From: Eledone cirrhosa
Taxonomy: Eukaryota
DNA: 64,000 bases
Assembly (NCBI GenBank): GCA_964016885.1
Contig: OZ024740.1
Span: 159,092,001-159,156,000 of the forward strand
Direction: 5' to 3'
The notes beneath the pieces were generated by a model that worked only from the letters and a program-made list of their open reading frames with translations, ran no database searches and was not told the DNA's origin. Positions 42,855-57,993 of this stretch are shown here, in pieces (the stretch's first letter is position 1; the number at the start of each line of letters is the position of its first letter). The translations under genes and the position numbers were made by a program.

Positions 42855-44960
42855 TTGACTTATATTCAACACCTGAATATTTCTACAAAGACGATACCCG
42901 CACTTAGCAGGAAGAGATATCTAAAACTTCTGATACAAAAAACGGATTCGTTCCTTAAAAGGTTGCGTTGGCGTGCCTTTTATTTCGATAACCAGGAAAA
43001 AGCAGGCAATAAACAGGATACATTTGGGGTTAAAACTTATAATAACCCTCTGAGTAACCCAACATTGCTACCCTTCGAAAAAGATGTCTTGGAACTCATA
43101 AGGTGTATCAAATTTCGGAATAGGAGCAATTCATTCCAGCAGGACTTGAAGAATAGAATTCGATCTATTATGTATTCTAATGTCGTGCACGTCCACTCCG
43201 ACAAAACTAGAAATCTATATCAAGTGGAGCGCAGTACTTACCATCAACTGTTACACAATGCTGTAACTAAGGATTACCAGAAAACCAATCGGAGTGTCAT
43301 TAATGACATCAACGATGTTGGTTTTAAAATCACTTCTGAACTCAACACACAGGACCGAACTGAACCTCTGGACCCGATTTCTCCCTACTTTACCCTGAAG
43401 GATCACAAACCCAATTTCGCCAACAACCCCTCTATTCGACTAATTAACCCTACGAAGTCTGATTTAGGTAGACTTAGTAAAAGGATTTTAGATAGAATTA
43501 TAACCTGAAATTAGAAGCTTGGCCCCTCTTGCACGGTGGAATAATTCTTTCGCGGTGATTGATTGGTTCAACGGCATATGCAACAAGGAACTTTGCCATT
43601 TTATCCAATTCAACATCAATAACTACTACTTCTCCATCACTTTACCACTTCTTCTTAGAGCTATCAATTTCGCTAAAACGCTCACCGTGGTTAAGGATTT
43701 CGAAGTTGATGTCATCCTCAATGCCCGTAAGTCGGTGATTAATTTCGACGACTCTATTTAAATTAAATAAATCTAATAGTACCCCATTCGACGTGAGTAT
43801 GGGCGCCAGCGATTCGGCGGAGGTTACAGATCTTATCGGCCTTTCCCTTCTTTTCTCTATCAAGGAAGAAATTCCCCAATGTGAGTGGTGGTTTGTATCG
43901 CGATGATGGTCTTTTTACCATGACAAAGTGCGGTTCACGGCTTGTGACAGGTTTAGAAAATAACTCACAGCATTCGTTAAAGTGTTCAACCTCTCCATAC
44001 AGGTTGAGACCAACCTCCCGGTCGTTAATTACCTAGACGTTACCCTCAATTTGTCGAATGGCTTACACTACCCATATAGAAAGCCGAATGATACGCTTAA
44101 TTACATAAGTAAGCATTCTAACCGTCCTGCCAACATAACGAAGAACCTGGTAAAAAAACGTTTCTTTGAGGCTTTCCCGTCTATCTACAAACGAGAATAT
44201 TTTCACCGACCATTCCACATATTACAATGAAGCTCTTGCTCGGAGTGGATTTGTCGATAAGGTAGCATATACTAAGTATGAGCATAAACCAAGGAAAAAT
44301 AGATCCCGATGCATTATATGGTATAACCCACCATATAATATGGAGGTGGCCACACCATTAGCTTAGATTTTTCTCTCCCTTATTAAGAAGCATTTCCCCT
44401 CAGCATATCAATATTATAACATTTTTAATAGAAATAGTATTAAAATTTCTTACTCTACGGCTCCTAACTTTGCACATATCATCACTGCTTCAAATTTAGC
44501 TAAATTACCTAGCCGTAGGAACACGTGCAACCCTGTATCTAGTACTAACTGTAATTGTAGGAAACGGGTTGACTGCCCTCTATTCGGGAAATGCCTCTCC
44601 AGTAACATTGTCTACAAATGTAAGGTCGATACACCCACATCTAGTAGGGCCTACATAGGGTTAACCGCCAATAGATTCAAGCAGCGTCTTTACATGTACA
44701 CCCATTCTTTTCTTAACCCTTTAAGAAGGAATATGACGTCACTTTCAGCTTATATCTGGAGTCTAAAAGACAATCACACCCAATATAGGTTACACTGGGA
44801 TATCCTAGCTAAAGCTAGATCGTATAACGGAAATAAAAGACCATGCGATCTTTGCGCCATGAAGCCCTGGAAATACTCTACGCTAATGATCACATCTTAA
44901 ACAAAAAATCTGAGGCAATTTCGGCTTGTAAACACAAATTGCATAAACTTTCCTGTATTA
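42855..44960 (+). pseudogene. Naiad-type RT + GIY-YIG ORF, frameshifted
   Basis: STKTIP..Y.KLLI.K..FLKRLRWRA, SDKTRNLY, TLKDHKPNF.NNP..RLINPTKSDLG, FDVSMGASDSAEVTDLIG, GGLYRDDGL, NYLDVTL, WYNPPY, CNC..CPLFGKCL, YIGLT. Confidence 0.93.
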
Positions 44961-46130
44961 CAGCCCCACTTTATACCCTAACGGATAGTACGAACAATAC
45001 GCGGATAATTTACGTCTTGGTGTGGTAGCTAAGTATATTTTATGTTTATACCATTACTTATTTGTATAGGTAAGTATACCTTACGCGTATGTTTTCAGAA
45101 GGTCGTATACTTTCTCGTACGTATTTGTGCTTGTATTTGTTAAAGGTGTATATATTATATTATATATACTGGTATATGTGTATATGGTTATGTGTATATG
45201 TGTATTTTATGTTTGTGTGTGCGTGTATGCGTGTTTGTACGTATGTAAGGTGAGTATATGTGTACATTGTATTTTGGTTGACGTACGCTTGGTGAACATA
45301 TGTGTATTTACCTGTAGGTATGTGTGTGCGTGCGTTATATACGTATTTATGTGTTTATATTTATATACATTTATATAATTATACACACACATATATATAT
45401 TTTTATGTGTATTTGGTGTATACGTTCGTATGTGTGCGGGTACATGTGTCGCACGGGTTTTTGTATGTGTGCGCGTGTTTATGTGTACGTGCATGTATAT
45501 GCATGCATGGCGGGTATTTTCGCGTATGCACGTGTATATACGTATATAGATGCGTGTATGTATATATTTAATTATTATTACTTTTATGATTTTAATAACC
45601 TCTGTCATTTTCGTCCTACTAATTTATTTAGATTGTTTTTAACTCATTCGGTTTCCTAAATAGAATATTAGTCTACGACACCATTTATACCATAAACGTG
45701 GTTTTGTCTTTGCGTGTAATTGTTCTCACCGATCCACATAACGACGTATTATCTCCGTTTTTTTTTTCGTTCATTGCCAGGGAACGTCTTCACGAACAAA
45801 AATATCGTCTTCCGGTTTTCCTTCGGCTGCAACGTTTTTCGAAATATTTACTTCTGCGTTCACAGATTGATTTTTTTAGTTTCAGAAGATCCCGTTAAGG
45901 GTAAAAACAGCGATTCTTTGCTTAAACTTTAATCTCTTATTTTAATATATATATTGTTCATGAGGTACCAATTTAATTATATTTTCATTTAATAGTTCTG
46001 ATGATTCCAATTTTGTGTTTATTTCATCAAGGAATAATTAATTATGTATCTACTTAAAGTATAGATGAAGTGTTCGTTAATTTATCAAAATAAAATATAA
46101 CTACTAACCGTTTTGGTATTTTGTATTATC

Positions 46131-46246
<116 letters not shown>

Positions 46247-48173
46247 ATTTTTACTTATATTAATCTCCAGAGTCTAGCTATTGGCCAGTTAATTTTATTG
46301 ACTGGTTTTGGTCTATTCTATTGACTGCCGAATACCTTCGTTATATTTAACCACTCTGTCGAGAGCTTCATTCGATTTGTGATATTTTGCATTTTCACAA
46401 TATTATACACAGATGAATTCAATCGCCTAATTTAGGTGTTGCCTCCCTTGCTGAACCACACGTGGGGTCAGTTACAGACACATCTATGTGGTCTTTCGAA
46501 CTGAATACCGTTGATAACACGTACTCCTAGTTCAGTCAGGATACAAGAAACTTAACATCCTTTATGTAAGTGGACAGTAAATGACTTATGGAGCCGCAGA
46601 AACCCCAACACTGGACTTTACCATCATTCCAGGGGTCCGGGTGAGTATCAAACATTTATGCTTTCATATATTTTTATATCTGTATATCTGTTTGACCCGA
46701 AATAGGAGATCGAATCTTCGCTGTGTGGATAATTAGTTTAACCACCGTCTCAGTGTGTTTGGCCTTTAACGTAAGTTGTAAACTCTAATTCATTTGAATT
46801 ATGGAGCGCATGCCTCACAATTCGAAAGTGTTTTTTCGTTATTTCATAGGCTGAAATTCGATTCTCGCTAATTTTTACTTATATATATATATATATATGC
46901 TTAAGAATTTAACGTCGGGTTCAGAAAGTTATTTACGATAATCATTAAATAGAAACAGTCAGGCTACAAAATGCTGAACTCAATAATTAATTGTGACCGA
47001 CTGCTTAAGTATCACTCCAGTATAGTTCGGCTTGAATGCCTATGAATAAATATTCATTACCAAACGAGTGGCATGGTGGCATCGTACACCATCGAACAAC
47101 CGAACAACATTATCTGGGGTATGGATATTCGTCACTTTGGCTTCTGGTTAACTTTACCTCTCATTCTTCATATGTGTATCAAATAAATACCAGTCATATT
47201 TTGTGGAAGTTCCAATCAGATGTTACGACAGTTACGACCGCATCAGACAGCTATTGCATGACCAATAAAAGGAATACAAATTACTCATGTGGCTTCCATT
47301 CTGCGATATATCACGGGCGGGCTATTGGTGTTGTTTACTCAGAACACTGCTGTAATCAATAAAATAAGGTTAATTATAATCTACTGGCTTCTACGTCATT
47401 GTTATATATTGTTTGTGCTTTTATGGGAGTCATAAATATTTATGCAAAGCGCAGTGTATATTTGATTCAATATAAGTTAAATGTAGATATAGCTACATTA
47501 TATTTGAAGCCTCACCCGGTAAAGAAGGAGGTCTAATCACACTTGTCCCTATTTTCTCTGTACACCAAAAAGATAAGATCCCATTTTTAGGCATATGAGA
47601 GATTATTTTTCCCATATTAAAAGATAAACTCCCGCTTTATTTTTGCCCAGGGTATCACAATATCAGCATAAAGGACCTAGCTGAAATAATCGGTCTAATT
47701 GCAAAATGTGCATTTACTTGTCAAATTAATTATATCATTATTTATACAGAACACAGCGTATATTATAATATCTAACATACATTTCATGTAAATATACAGA
47801 GTGTCCCAAAAATGTACACATACTTCAACAGCATTCTAATCAAAGTGTGTATACATTTTTGTGGGACATCCTATATTTATGGTTTTTGAATTAAGAACCT
47901 TCACTGAGAAAAGAAAGAAGTATAAACACATTTGAAATTATTCCTTTTTTTATGCAGCGATTCGTACTTTATTTCCTGACCCTGAAAAGCTTAATGGCAT
48001 AGATGATCACTTATATTTGGACCGAATTTGCAGAGTGAACAAATACATTCTATCCGACATTAACAATTCTGCCAATTCACCGCCTTATGCTTGCTATTAT
48101 TATATTTGTTTGTAATGAGTCAGTTAATTATAACACTCTATGTATGTGATCGTATGCACACACACACACACAA

Positions 48174-48295
<122 letters not shown>

Positions 48296-48853
48296 GTCAA
48301 CTAACCTCTTTCTTAATGTTTAGTATTAAGTTGACCAGCAATAATTCACTCGGTCATTTGCGACATTCAGAGTTAATATCAAAGTAATTATTTAATAAAT
48401 ATCGAATTACTCTGCCATTGTAGTCGTGGTACATATTTGATATTTAAACATCAAAACCTAACCCCCCACCCGCCACACACACATACAGATATTCGGTCTA
48501 AGAAAAATACTAACACATACAGGCGGCTTATTCTTACTAACTGAAAACTCACTTTATAAAGCGTAATGCTACAAGCATTGTCATGAAAGAATTTGATCTG
48601 ATTTGTATCAAGCATCTTTAACTGTCTAAACAAAAGAACCAGTGAATATATGGGATAGAGGGGGAGATTAATTTACCTGAAGTGAATAAAAGGTTTCTTT
48701 GGCATTATGAAGCCATGGAAGTATTATATAAGATTATAACCGATACGTTTAGAAGGTAACCGTAATGGTTTGGTTGTCTAAGTTTGTTTGTGTGCGTGTG
48801 TTTGGTTTAATCTGTTAGCTTCAATAAAAATTCGTAATTATGAGTATGTAGAA

Positions 48854-49103
48854 CAGTCATGGGTAACCTGCGACCCGCGAAGCTTTCTGTATAGCTCGCC
48901 TGAGTCACCTAACTGAAATCTTTCTGATATTTTTACCCTCAACTTTTCAGTCGTAATTTATCTTTCTATGATTTTTACGATCGAGGAAAACAACGTGTAC
49001 GAATTCTGAAGAAACAAATCAAACCAACCTGAGTTACAGCCCTTCTTTATGTGGGGACGATATCTCATGCGGCCCGCTTCTCGAAAAAGGTTGCTCATGC
49101 CTG
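48854..49103. mobile_element. 250-bp hAT-type MITE
   Basis: TIRs CAGTCATGGGTAACCT / AGGTTGCTCATGCCTG; perfect 8-bp TSD ATGTAGAA (48846-48853, 49104-49111). Confidence 0.92.
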
Positions 49104-49117
49104 ATGTAGAAGGTAGG

Positions 49118-49376
49118 TAGCCAGACAACACTGTGTAGAGGGTGTGTAAGAGGACCACGCCCTGTGCAGTGGGTGGCTAGATGGATCACACTCGGTAAAG
49201 GATGGCTTGACAGACCACACTCTGTTTAGAGAGTGGCTAGACGGACCACACTCAGCAGATGGTGACTAGACGGACCACACTCGGTAGAGGGTGGCTAGAT
49301 GGACTACACTCTATGTAGAGGTTCACTAGACGGACTTCACTCTGTATAAAGGGTTGCTAAACGGACTGCACTCCAC
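49118..49376. repeat. 29-31-bp degenerate minisatellite x~8
   Basis: Unit approximately tagacggaccacactcggtagagggtggc. Confidence 0.85.
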
Positions 49377-50064
49377 TTAGAACGGCCTAAACAAATAATC
49401 TTTTTCTTGACTCTTGGGGAAGTGAAATGGGCAAAGGTGCTGAATGTTTGCAATAATATACTTTGCTATGTGCTCCCATGCTTCACGTGGTGGCATTAAA
49501 CTGTGACGCATTGTGCATAAATCCAACCTACCCACATAAAACAAAACGAAGCAGGTATCTACACTACACCAGTAACAAATAAGTGTTAGACAAGTAGCAA
49601 GGAGGCATGTGTATAGTAGATCACTTTTTAATCTTGGCAAGTATAGCATCACATAACAGTGCTAAAGAGAGAAAGTGCATGAGTGACATACATGGAAAAA
49701 GAGAGCAAGTGCGTGAGGGACAGAAACGGTGAGAAAAAGAAAGATGTTTGGTTGTATGAACAGAATAATTCAGTGTTTCGTTAAAATTTCTTTAGATTTG
49801 GGTTAGATAGACAGTAATTGGTAGATGCAAGTAAGATAGGCGACATTGTGGGAATTTTGGCAAGGAAGACAATAGTTTACAGATACAATCTCAATAGACC
49901 ACAATCAACAGACGTATGTCTAAACAGACACCTCTAGAGGGGAGTATTGTGCCCTCTGTCGCTTAACATCCATGATATCCGGATAAACTCCGGGCTTCGT
50001 TTAAACCACAGAAGCTTTGAACAACAGATGTAAAGCGATAATACACACTCTAAAATCTCTTTGA

Positions 50065-50183
<119 letters not shown>

Positions 50184-50234
50184 GTGTGTGCATGTATTAT
50201 ATACATTTATGTAACTATATATATATATATATAT

Positions 50235-50351
50235 AATATGTTGAAAAGGTAACACACTAGAGAGAGATATACAGTGCGCTATCAATAAAACAGGGAAAAA
50301 TTGATAGCGCACTGTATATCTCTCTCTAGTGTGTTACCTTTTCAACATATT
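50235..50351. repeat. 117-bp palindrome
   Basis: 52-bp arms aatatgttgaaaagg...gctatcaat / attgatagc...ccttttcaacatatt around a 13-nt spacer. Confidence 0.92.
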
Positions 50352-50435
50352 GTATTTTAAAGAGCTCAGGATTTCTTCTCCTTTGAGCACATTATTTACA
50401 GGGAATGGCGAGGGCCTATAGCTCCGTTAATTTAT

Positions 50436-50466
<31 letters not shown>

Positions 50467-50469
50467 GTA

Positions 50470-50750
50470 AGAAGTAACTGAGACTGCACCAAGGTTTATA
50501 ATGTATAAATATATACATCTAATTTGTAGGCTTTTAGACATGCCAGAAAATACGAATTTCCCTGTAAATTGAAACAATATGTATGGTATAGACGTCTTAT
50601 GATGAAGATCCAATAATATCCGAAATCGATTAAAAATCTTCATCATTCTTTTCCATTTACAGGGAAATATGTATTTTCTGGCATGTTTACATGCCTACAA
50701 ATTGTATTTGTGAATATATTTATACACACTGGTGCAGTCTCGATTACACA
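50470..50750. repeat. Diverged inverted pair enclosing a decayed HHR (50595-50635 +)
   Basis: gagactgcacca..catgccagaaaatac / gtattttctggcatg..tggtgcagtctc; the interior reads tctt ATGATGA agat..atcc GAAA tcga TT. Confidence 0.65.
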
Positions 50751-50770
50751 CTTTATTTACACGGATATAA

Positions 50771-50888
<118 letters not shown>

Positions 50889-51003
50889 ATTAATAAATCT
50901 GTACTCCAATGTTACTAGGTAGTCGCATTGGATGGAGTCAACCGACGTCGGAGATTGCTCAACGTATAATAAAATATGCTTTAAAATCCGGAGAAAATAT
51001 GAA

Positions 51004-52650
51004 GAAGAAGTTTAAGAAATGGAAATGCGGGTATAAAGAATATATTAGGTAACAATTGTTTCTATAGTGTGTGGGTTACCTATACCTCACTATTTGTATA
51101 ATATAAAAATATTATCATAAATCGTAGGTACACTGTAAGAGAACACACCATGTCGTCAGACCTTTATTGTAGAATGATAGGAGAATATTTTATACACTAG
51201 ATATGTGAGAAAGTAGGAGGTAGGAAGGGAAGAGGAAGAGGGAAGCGAGTAAGGGGGAGGTAGTCTTAGGATTCAAGACTGTCAGAGTAGTAGAGATTGT
51301 ATAGAAGAAAATGTTTTGGCAGCAGTTAGCTAAATGAGGCGTGTTAGGGTTGGCGGGGGAAGTAAATTCTTCTAGTGGTGTTGTTTGGACAAAATTTAGT
51401 TAAAGGAGTCAATGAAGTACAGAATTATAGACAAGTTATTGGGGCTATTATAGTAGCAGGATATTTCTAAAAGGGTCTAAAAAACAGTGTTTAGTGCTAT
51501 TATTATAAAAAGCCATATCGTGTGTATAAATATATAAAAATATGAAATAAAAAAAAAAATAAAAATGTGCAAATGGTGGTGTAAAAAGATAACATTACAT
51601 GCATTTAAAAAAAACTACTGAAAAACATAAAAATAACTGTAACTGCACTAAACCAGGTTCGTGCCCATTGAATAACCAATGCCTAGCACGCAATATTGTC
51701 TACCGATGTACAATAAATTCCGGAACCAACAAATGGTATTATGTCGGATGTACCGCAACATTTTTCAAAGCTCGCCTATACCAACATCGATCTTCGATCA
51801 AGCATGAGAAAATGCGCTCCGTAACAACCCTCGCCGATAAAGCCTGGCAGCTTCGGAAGAACAATCAAGCATTCTCCCTTTCTTGGCAAATTATTGCTAT
51901 TCGCCAGCATACAGGCAAATTCAACGATTTTGTAAATTGTGCAATATGGAGATATACTGCATTTTAACGTCGGAAAACAAACTTTTGAACAGCAAAATTG
52001 AACGTTCACTTTACTGTAACCATCGTTTAAAAACGACTTTTTCTTTTTTTAAATGCATGTAATGTTATCTTTTTACACCACCATTTGCAAATTTTTTAAT
52101 TTTTTTTTATTTCATATTTTTATATGTTTATACACACGATATGGCTTTTCATAATAATAGCAGTAAACACTGTTTTTTAGACCCTTTTAGAAATATCCTG
52201 CTACTATAATAGCCCCAATAACTTGTCTATAATTCTGTACTTCATTGACCCCTTTAACTAAATTTTGTCCAAACAACACCACTAGAAGAATTTACTTCCC
52301 CCGCCAACCCTAACACGCCTCATTTAGCTAACTGCTGCCAAAACATTTTCTTCTATACAATCTCTACTACTCTGACAGTCTTGAATCCTAAGACTACCTC
52401 CCCCTTACTCGCTTCCCTCTTCCTCTTCCCTTCCTACCTCTTACTTTCTCACATATCTAGTGTATAAAATATTCTCCTATCATTCTACCATAAAGGTCTG
52501 ATGACATGGTGTGTTCTCTTACAGTGTACCTATGATTTATGATAATATTTTTATATTATACAAATAGCGAGGTATAGGTAACCCACACACTATAGAAACA
52601 ATTGTTACCTAATATATTCTTTATACCCGCATTTCCATTTCTTAAACTTC

Positions 52651-52653
<3 letters not shown>
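51004..52653 (+). mobile_element. Truncated Naiad-type PLE: GIY-YIG fragment (51617-52040) between ~610-bp inverted repeats (51004-51613 / 52044-52653)
   Basis: CNCTKPGSCPLNNQCL..IVYRC..YYVGCT..FKARLYQH, CKLC..E; the flanks are near-identical reverse complements. Confidence 0.92.
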
Positions 52654-52710
<57 letters not shown>

Positions 52711-54600
52711 CATACTTATGCAGTTACCACCTCACACATACCCACGTTTCTGTGTGCGTAAACTCGTGAAACAATCATGTTTCTCTTCATTTCTACTAAG
52801 ACCATAGATAATACATGATCTTTAACAGAAATAAAGTGCAATTATGAACATTCTATAGAGACAATTTTAATAAATCATTCTCACAAACAATTCATTGCAA
52901 TAAGACATATCAACCTCAGTAATATAGTACCTTTACCTACCTGTATTTTATTGCTTCGAATATATGTCCACTTAACAGTAATTTCTGTTGAAAATACCTG
53001 GTATATTGCACTACGGCATAGTCAAACAACAATACTGTATTTAAAACTTAATAAAAGATTGACTAAGAGGAGACTCAAATCCCACCGAGATCCACTTTAT
53101 TTCTTATCGTATTGATGTTAACTAAAGTGCTAGTGGCAGGTATCGGCTGTATTTTTTACCTGGAGAGTTGGGATTCGCCAGATTTAAAATGCCCATGATA
53201 CGCTGCACGTCAGGATAGCCGTACTACTATTCCATGTGGGGTTAAGTACCCTTTACCCTGTTATTTTCTATACTGTAGATTCTCTAAGTTTGTCAGATTT
53301 ATTTCCTAACGATTCTTGCCCGGCTGTATTTAAAATAAAACTAAACATTTTAAAACCCTCCGATACATACTAAAATGGTTCTTGTTTAAAATTACGATAT
53401 AAGTTGGCCGAATTGGCCGAATTAATAGAGTGCTTGATTAAATTTGTTTCTGTGCATTTCGAGGTCGATAATGTAGCTGCAGTCCAGAGTGATGAATTGG
53501 TGGAATTGATAGAACATAAGATGTGATGTCGTAGGATTTTTTGAGTTCGTCTACGCTGACAATCGTGCCAAGTGGTATCAGCTATCATTTCCACTTGGAT
53601 AACACCGGTGGCATGGAAAGGGGAGACTTACATGAATAGATGACTGCTGGTATTCTACAAAACCTTTGTCCAAACTATGCCTTGGAGAATTTAGATCCAT
53701 TCATCGTGAGATATACAGAGTTCTCGGTAACAAAGCTGATCTATGATCATGTGTCGAAATTGTAGCAGTTACAAAAAAACATTAAAAAAACTATGTTCCC
53801 TTCATTTTATATAGAGATGTCAACATTTTTGTCGTACCTCGTTACTCAGTAGAATTGTGTCAAGTTTTGACACTACTTTATAAATGAACAAGAGAATATA
53901 ACAGTTTATGGGAGCTGCAGTGTCATTTTCAATAGGTAAAATAGCAATTTCAACATGTAATAAAAATAGTATGCGTGTTCCTCAATGGCTAGGATGATTC
54001 TTGCACGACATAATTGCTCTATTTTGAGTACAGAGTCTCAGATCAAGTAACTTACCAAACTATCAAAATTATTCCAACTTTGTTCTGTCATATTATAATT
54101 TGTAAAATATTTCTCTACCAATAAATTTTATGGAACAGAATCTGAAGCTTAATGGTTGCTTTCTCTACATCAAGCTTTACAATAACTGCGTTTCGTAAAT
54201 CTATTCTTTGTATTGTTTTCTATTACATCAGTAGCCAAAGCAGTTATATGTAGGTTGTTTCTGTAATATTGCTTTACTATTGACGCAGAATATTGCATGG
54301 CGATATAAAGAAATAAACGTTAATCATTTTTCATTTTTATTAGGTTTGGTTTTATTATTTTGAATTCTCGTAAAATCTATTTTTCTCGGATTATATTTTT
54401 AGATCATGTTTTGTTAGATTTCTATGAGAATAATTTTTATCTTATGTTTTCAAACGTTCTTTTACATCATATTTGTTTCACACCGAAAAAGTTATTTTTC
54501 CATTTGTCTTGTTAATCAAAATCTATTGGCTATGTCACTTTAAAATGTTATGTTCAGGGTTATACGCACACACATATATGTATATATATATATGTATGTG

Positions 54601-54632
<32 letters not shown>

Positions 54633-54744
54633 TATAAATCATTAAAGGTGGATTCCCGACGTTGAACAGGAAAAGATCACAGCTAAAAAGATACTCAATA
54701 CGTTGATAGATTGTAGAAATCTACGGGAATAAAACTGTTTTATT

Positions 54745-54824
<80 letters not shown>

Positions 54825-55189
54825 GTAGTGCGTTTTCTAGTCATTGCTGTTGTGTGATGTTCACGACAAAGTAAAAACGTATAAAATTGAACGTATTTGC
54901 GACTGGTTAGGAATATCAAACTTGTTTAAACTAGCATTCGTTTTACATTTTCATGTTCGTTTAGGGATATGCAAAGACGTATAGGTTACTGGATAGATAG
55001 GCGATTAGATAGAGAGACATAGAGGTATACAATATGGTTAAGCTAGATTAAGGGGGAGTAGGTTAGAGCAATGTTGCTGGTGGGTAGATTAGCTGTTATT
55101 AGTATTGTGTTTGCTTGACTTTGCAAATGTGGAGTTATTTCCAATAGGATTTTGAATAGAGAAATGTTTCTATACGTCTAGATCTCTCC

Positions 55190-55480
55190 GACAAGTTAAG
55201 GAAGGTTTTCGCTTCTTAATGAAATGCTCCTCATATATCCGGAGAGTCATCGCGTTCACGTTCACGGCTAGTATCTTTTTTGAAATGATTCCTTCACATA
55301 TTTTTATATACAGGAACACTGCGCTTAGTGATGTGGATTTGTGGCAGTGTTCAAGACAATTGAGGTGTAGTTGCCGCTTGATGTAGGTGATGTAGATATT
55401 CTCGCATGCGTATCTGGTTTTGCTTACTACCTAATCCCTCAAGTATACTAGGGTGATTGTCTATTGTGGTGATGTCCCGA
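55190..55480 (-). pseudogene. Highly decayed PLE GIY-YIG C-terminus
   Basis: Minus strand gives ..ILAVNVNAMTLRIYEEHFIKKRKPSL, resembling the E..FI....P.LN end of Penelope endonucleases. Confidence 0.4.
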
Positions 55481-55889
55481 ATGGGGCCGCATCTGAGGAA
55501 ACATTTTTTGTTCAATGTTTTTGTTTTGTAAAACGTACTGTCTAACTGTTCGGCCATGTCTCATCATTCATATTAATACATTTCCCACTTGCATTTCCTT
55601 ATATGATTCTCGACCTATTTCCCGTGGTACGGCAAGTCAATATAGACTCAGTTTCTTTCTTCGTTCTCTTGTCTCTTTCTCATTTTCTCTTTTCCTTTTT
55701 CTCTTTCGTATCCTACCCTTTTTAGCACACAACTACAACAGCTACAACAACGACAGCAACTAAAAAAACCCCACAATATAACGTGTAGGTTGAGATACAC
55801 CGAAACATTACATATATACATATATAAGACAAACTGACTCAAACGATGCAAGACAAATTTATTTAAAGTATATCTCTAGTATTATCAAG

Positions 55890-56560
55890 TAGGCCAAGGG
55901 TGTCTTGGCATCACTCAGCAAGACATTTGTCAGCCGCTCTCCAGCTATCTATTTAAAGCTGTATATAGCTATAGTGCGTCCACACTTAGATTTTGCATCA
56001 CCAGTCTGGAACACCTATCTTGCTCAAGACATTGACTTCCTGGAAACTATTCAGAGACGCGCAACCAAGCGAATACCCTCCATCAGGCACCTACCATACT
56101 CTGAACTCATTGCTTCCCTGGGCATGGATACATTGAAGCTCCGACGTCTGGCAACTGACTTGGTAAACACCCACAAAATTATTAACCATCTTGCCAACAA
56201 CAACCATGAGCACCTTTTTGAATTCCATGTGTCTAACACACGTGGGCATGTCTACAAAGTAAGAAAACAGCACAGCTTCCAGGAAACATTTATTCACTCT
56301 CAGAGTTGCTGAAGCATGGAACAAACTACCTGCATCAGTTGTTAGCTGCCGAGACACTGCATCCTATAAAACATTCATGCTTCTTGAAATTAACCAACAC
56401 TGCACCTTATATCCCCCCTCCATACACACGCATGTGTTTCATTACTCATACACTGTTCAATTTCCTGACATTTGTACATTTTTCTATGTATTATACATGC
56501 ATCTTTGATGAGTTGTAGTGCACCTGAGAACTGTACACAATAATTTCATTATTATTATTA
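55890..56560 (+). mobile_element. 5'-truncated CR1-clade LINE
   Basis: LYIAIVRPHLDFASPVW, LETIQRRATK, L..RRL..DL, TRGH.YK, F..RV..AWNKLP; (ATT)n tail. Confidence 0.9.
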
Positions 56561-57011
56561 TATGTTTAAGCCACCAGATTCATCCACCAGGATTCGGTGA
56601 ATGATCCAATATTTTTAGGCTTAAATATACTCTCGACGATTAAATCGCAAGATATCAACATTTCTTGAAGCTTTGTAGAAATCCGAGTTATCTACATATA
56701 ACCACAGTACGACATTGCTATGTGCTCAATAAGCAAAACGATAATGTTATTAAGATCTATTAATATATATATACATCTTTGAAAATACACCAAAAAAGCA
56801 TATAAAGTAGTCTACTAGAGTGCTCAGTATACTATTTAGAGTTTTTTTTCTAATTTTATAGATAAACTAAACCGGAAGTTCTTAAAAGTTTTGCTGCCCA
56901 CCACGGCCACGTAATACCCTCAGCACCCCTAACCCTATTTCCAGAGAGACCTGCCTACATGAAAATTGTAAATAATATATAATAAATAAAATCATTAATT
57001 TATATATAATA

Positions 57012-57195
57012 TTGGTGGATTGGCAGTATCGGTAGAGGGTCGGACGCCATGCTTTCCAGCATAGTTACGTCCCTTTACGATCTGAGTTCAAATCCCGCCG
57101 AGGTTGACTTTGCCTTTCATCCTTACGGGGTCGATAAAATAAAGTACCAGTAATGCACTGGGTAATTGCTGGCCTTGTGCCTAAAGTAGAAACAA
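57012..57195 (+). mobile_element. tRNA-derived SINE, second family (copies at ~32263, 34587, 34919, 59805 + and ~58860-58990 -)
   Basis: TGGCAGTATCGGTAG A box, GAGTTCAAATCCC B box, tail gactttgcctttcatcc..gtcgataaaataaagtaccag. Confidence 0.8.
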
Positions 57196-57993
57196 TTAAT
57201 TTATATATAATAAATAATATAATATATACTATGTATAAATAAATATTATATATTTTTTATTTTACTATATTTATATATAATATGCATCATTTGATATTTA
57301 ATATACTATTATATCATTTCTACCACCCCCGCTTAGGCCCCAGCACCCGTTGAACCTTCTCAACGCCCCGGGGGCAGTAGCGCTGACTTTGAGAACCTCT
57401 GAACAAACGAAAAACAGTTCTTGATGTGATTGCTAATGTAAATATATATTACCAAGACAAGTTATATAGAAGACTTGAAGTTTTATGAATGTTCACAGAA
57501 TTTTAATATTTCGTGATTTCATCGTCCCGAGTTTATTTAATCCATATGAATTCAGGCGTGAAGCCTTGCTACAGAATTAACCCCACTGAATTCACCTCAA
57601 GATGTGATGTTAAACTGGTTTGGGTGATCCATCATTATCTCACAAAAAATATTATCTCTACACCTATCTCTAAAATATATCAGTATATTTTCTTTATGTA
57701 TAGAAGTATTCGCTGTATATTTATGTATCTGTGTGTTGCCTCATAAATCCGTTGTTTGAGTTAGTTGTGAGGTTCGATTTCAATTCACGCCTCCATACAA
57801 TTTATCTGAACAGTTTCCTGGAACGATCTCATCTCGAAATGTTATCAACATGGTTTCAAACATTTTTAATGTATTCATAGATCCAAGTATTTGTTAATTG
57901 ATGGGTTGAATCTCTTTGATATTGTTTGAAATGTTTCCACAGTCACGCGTACCCTTAACTTAGTTATCAAGGAGATTCAGCATGACACAGAAT

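Larger units (their letters stand above)
42460..45945 (+). mobile_element. Near full-length Naiad-type PLE flanked by inverted pLTRs (~42460-42835 / ~45570-45945)
   Basis: The flanks are reverse complements and each holds an HHR variant; the RT-GIY-YIG ORF lies between them. Confidence 0.9.
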
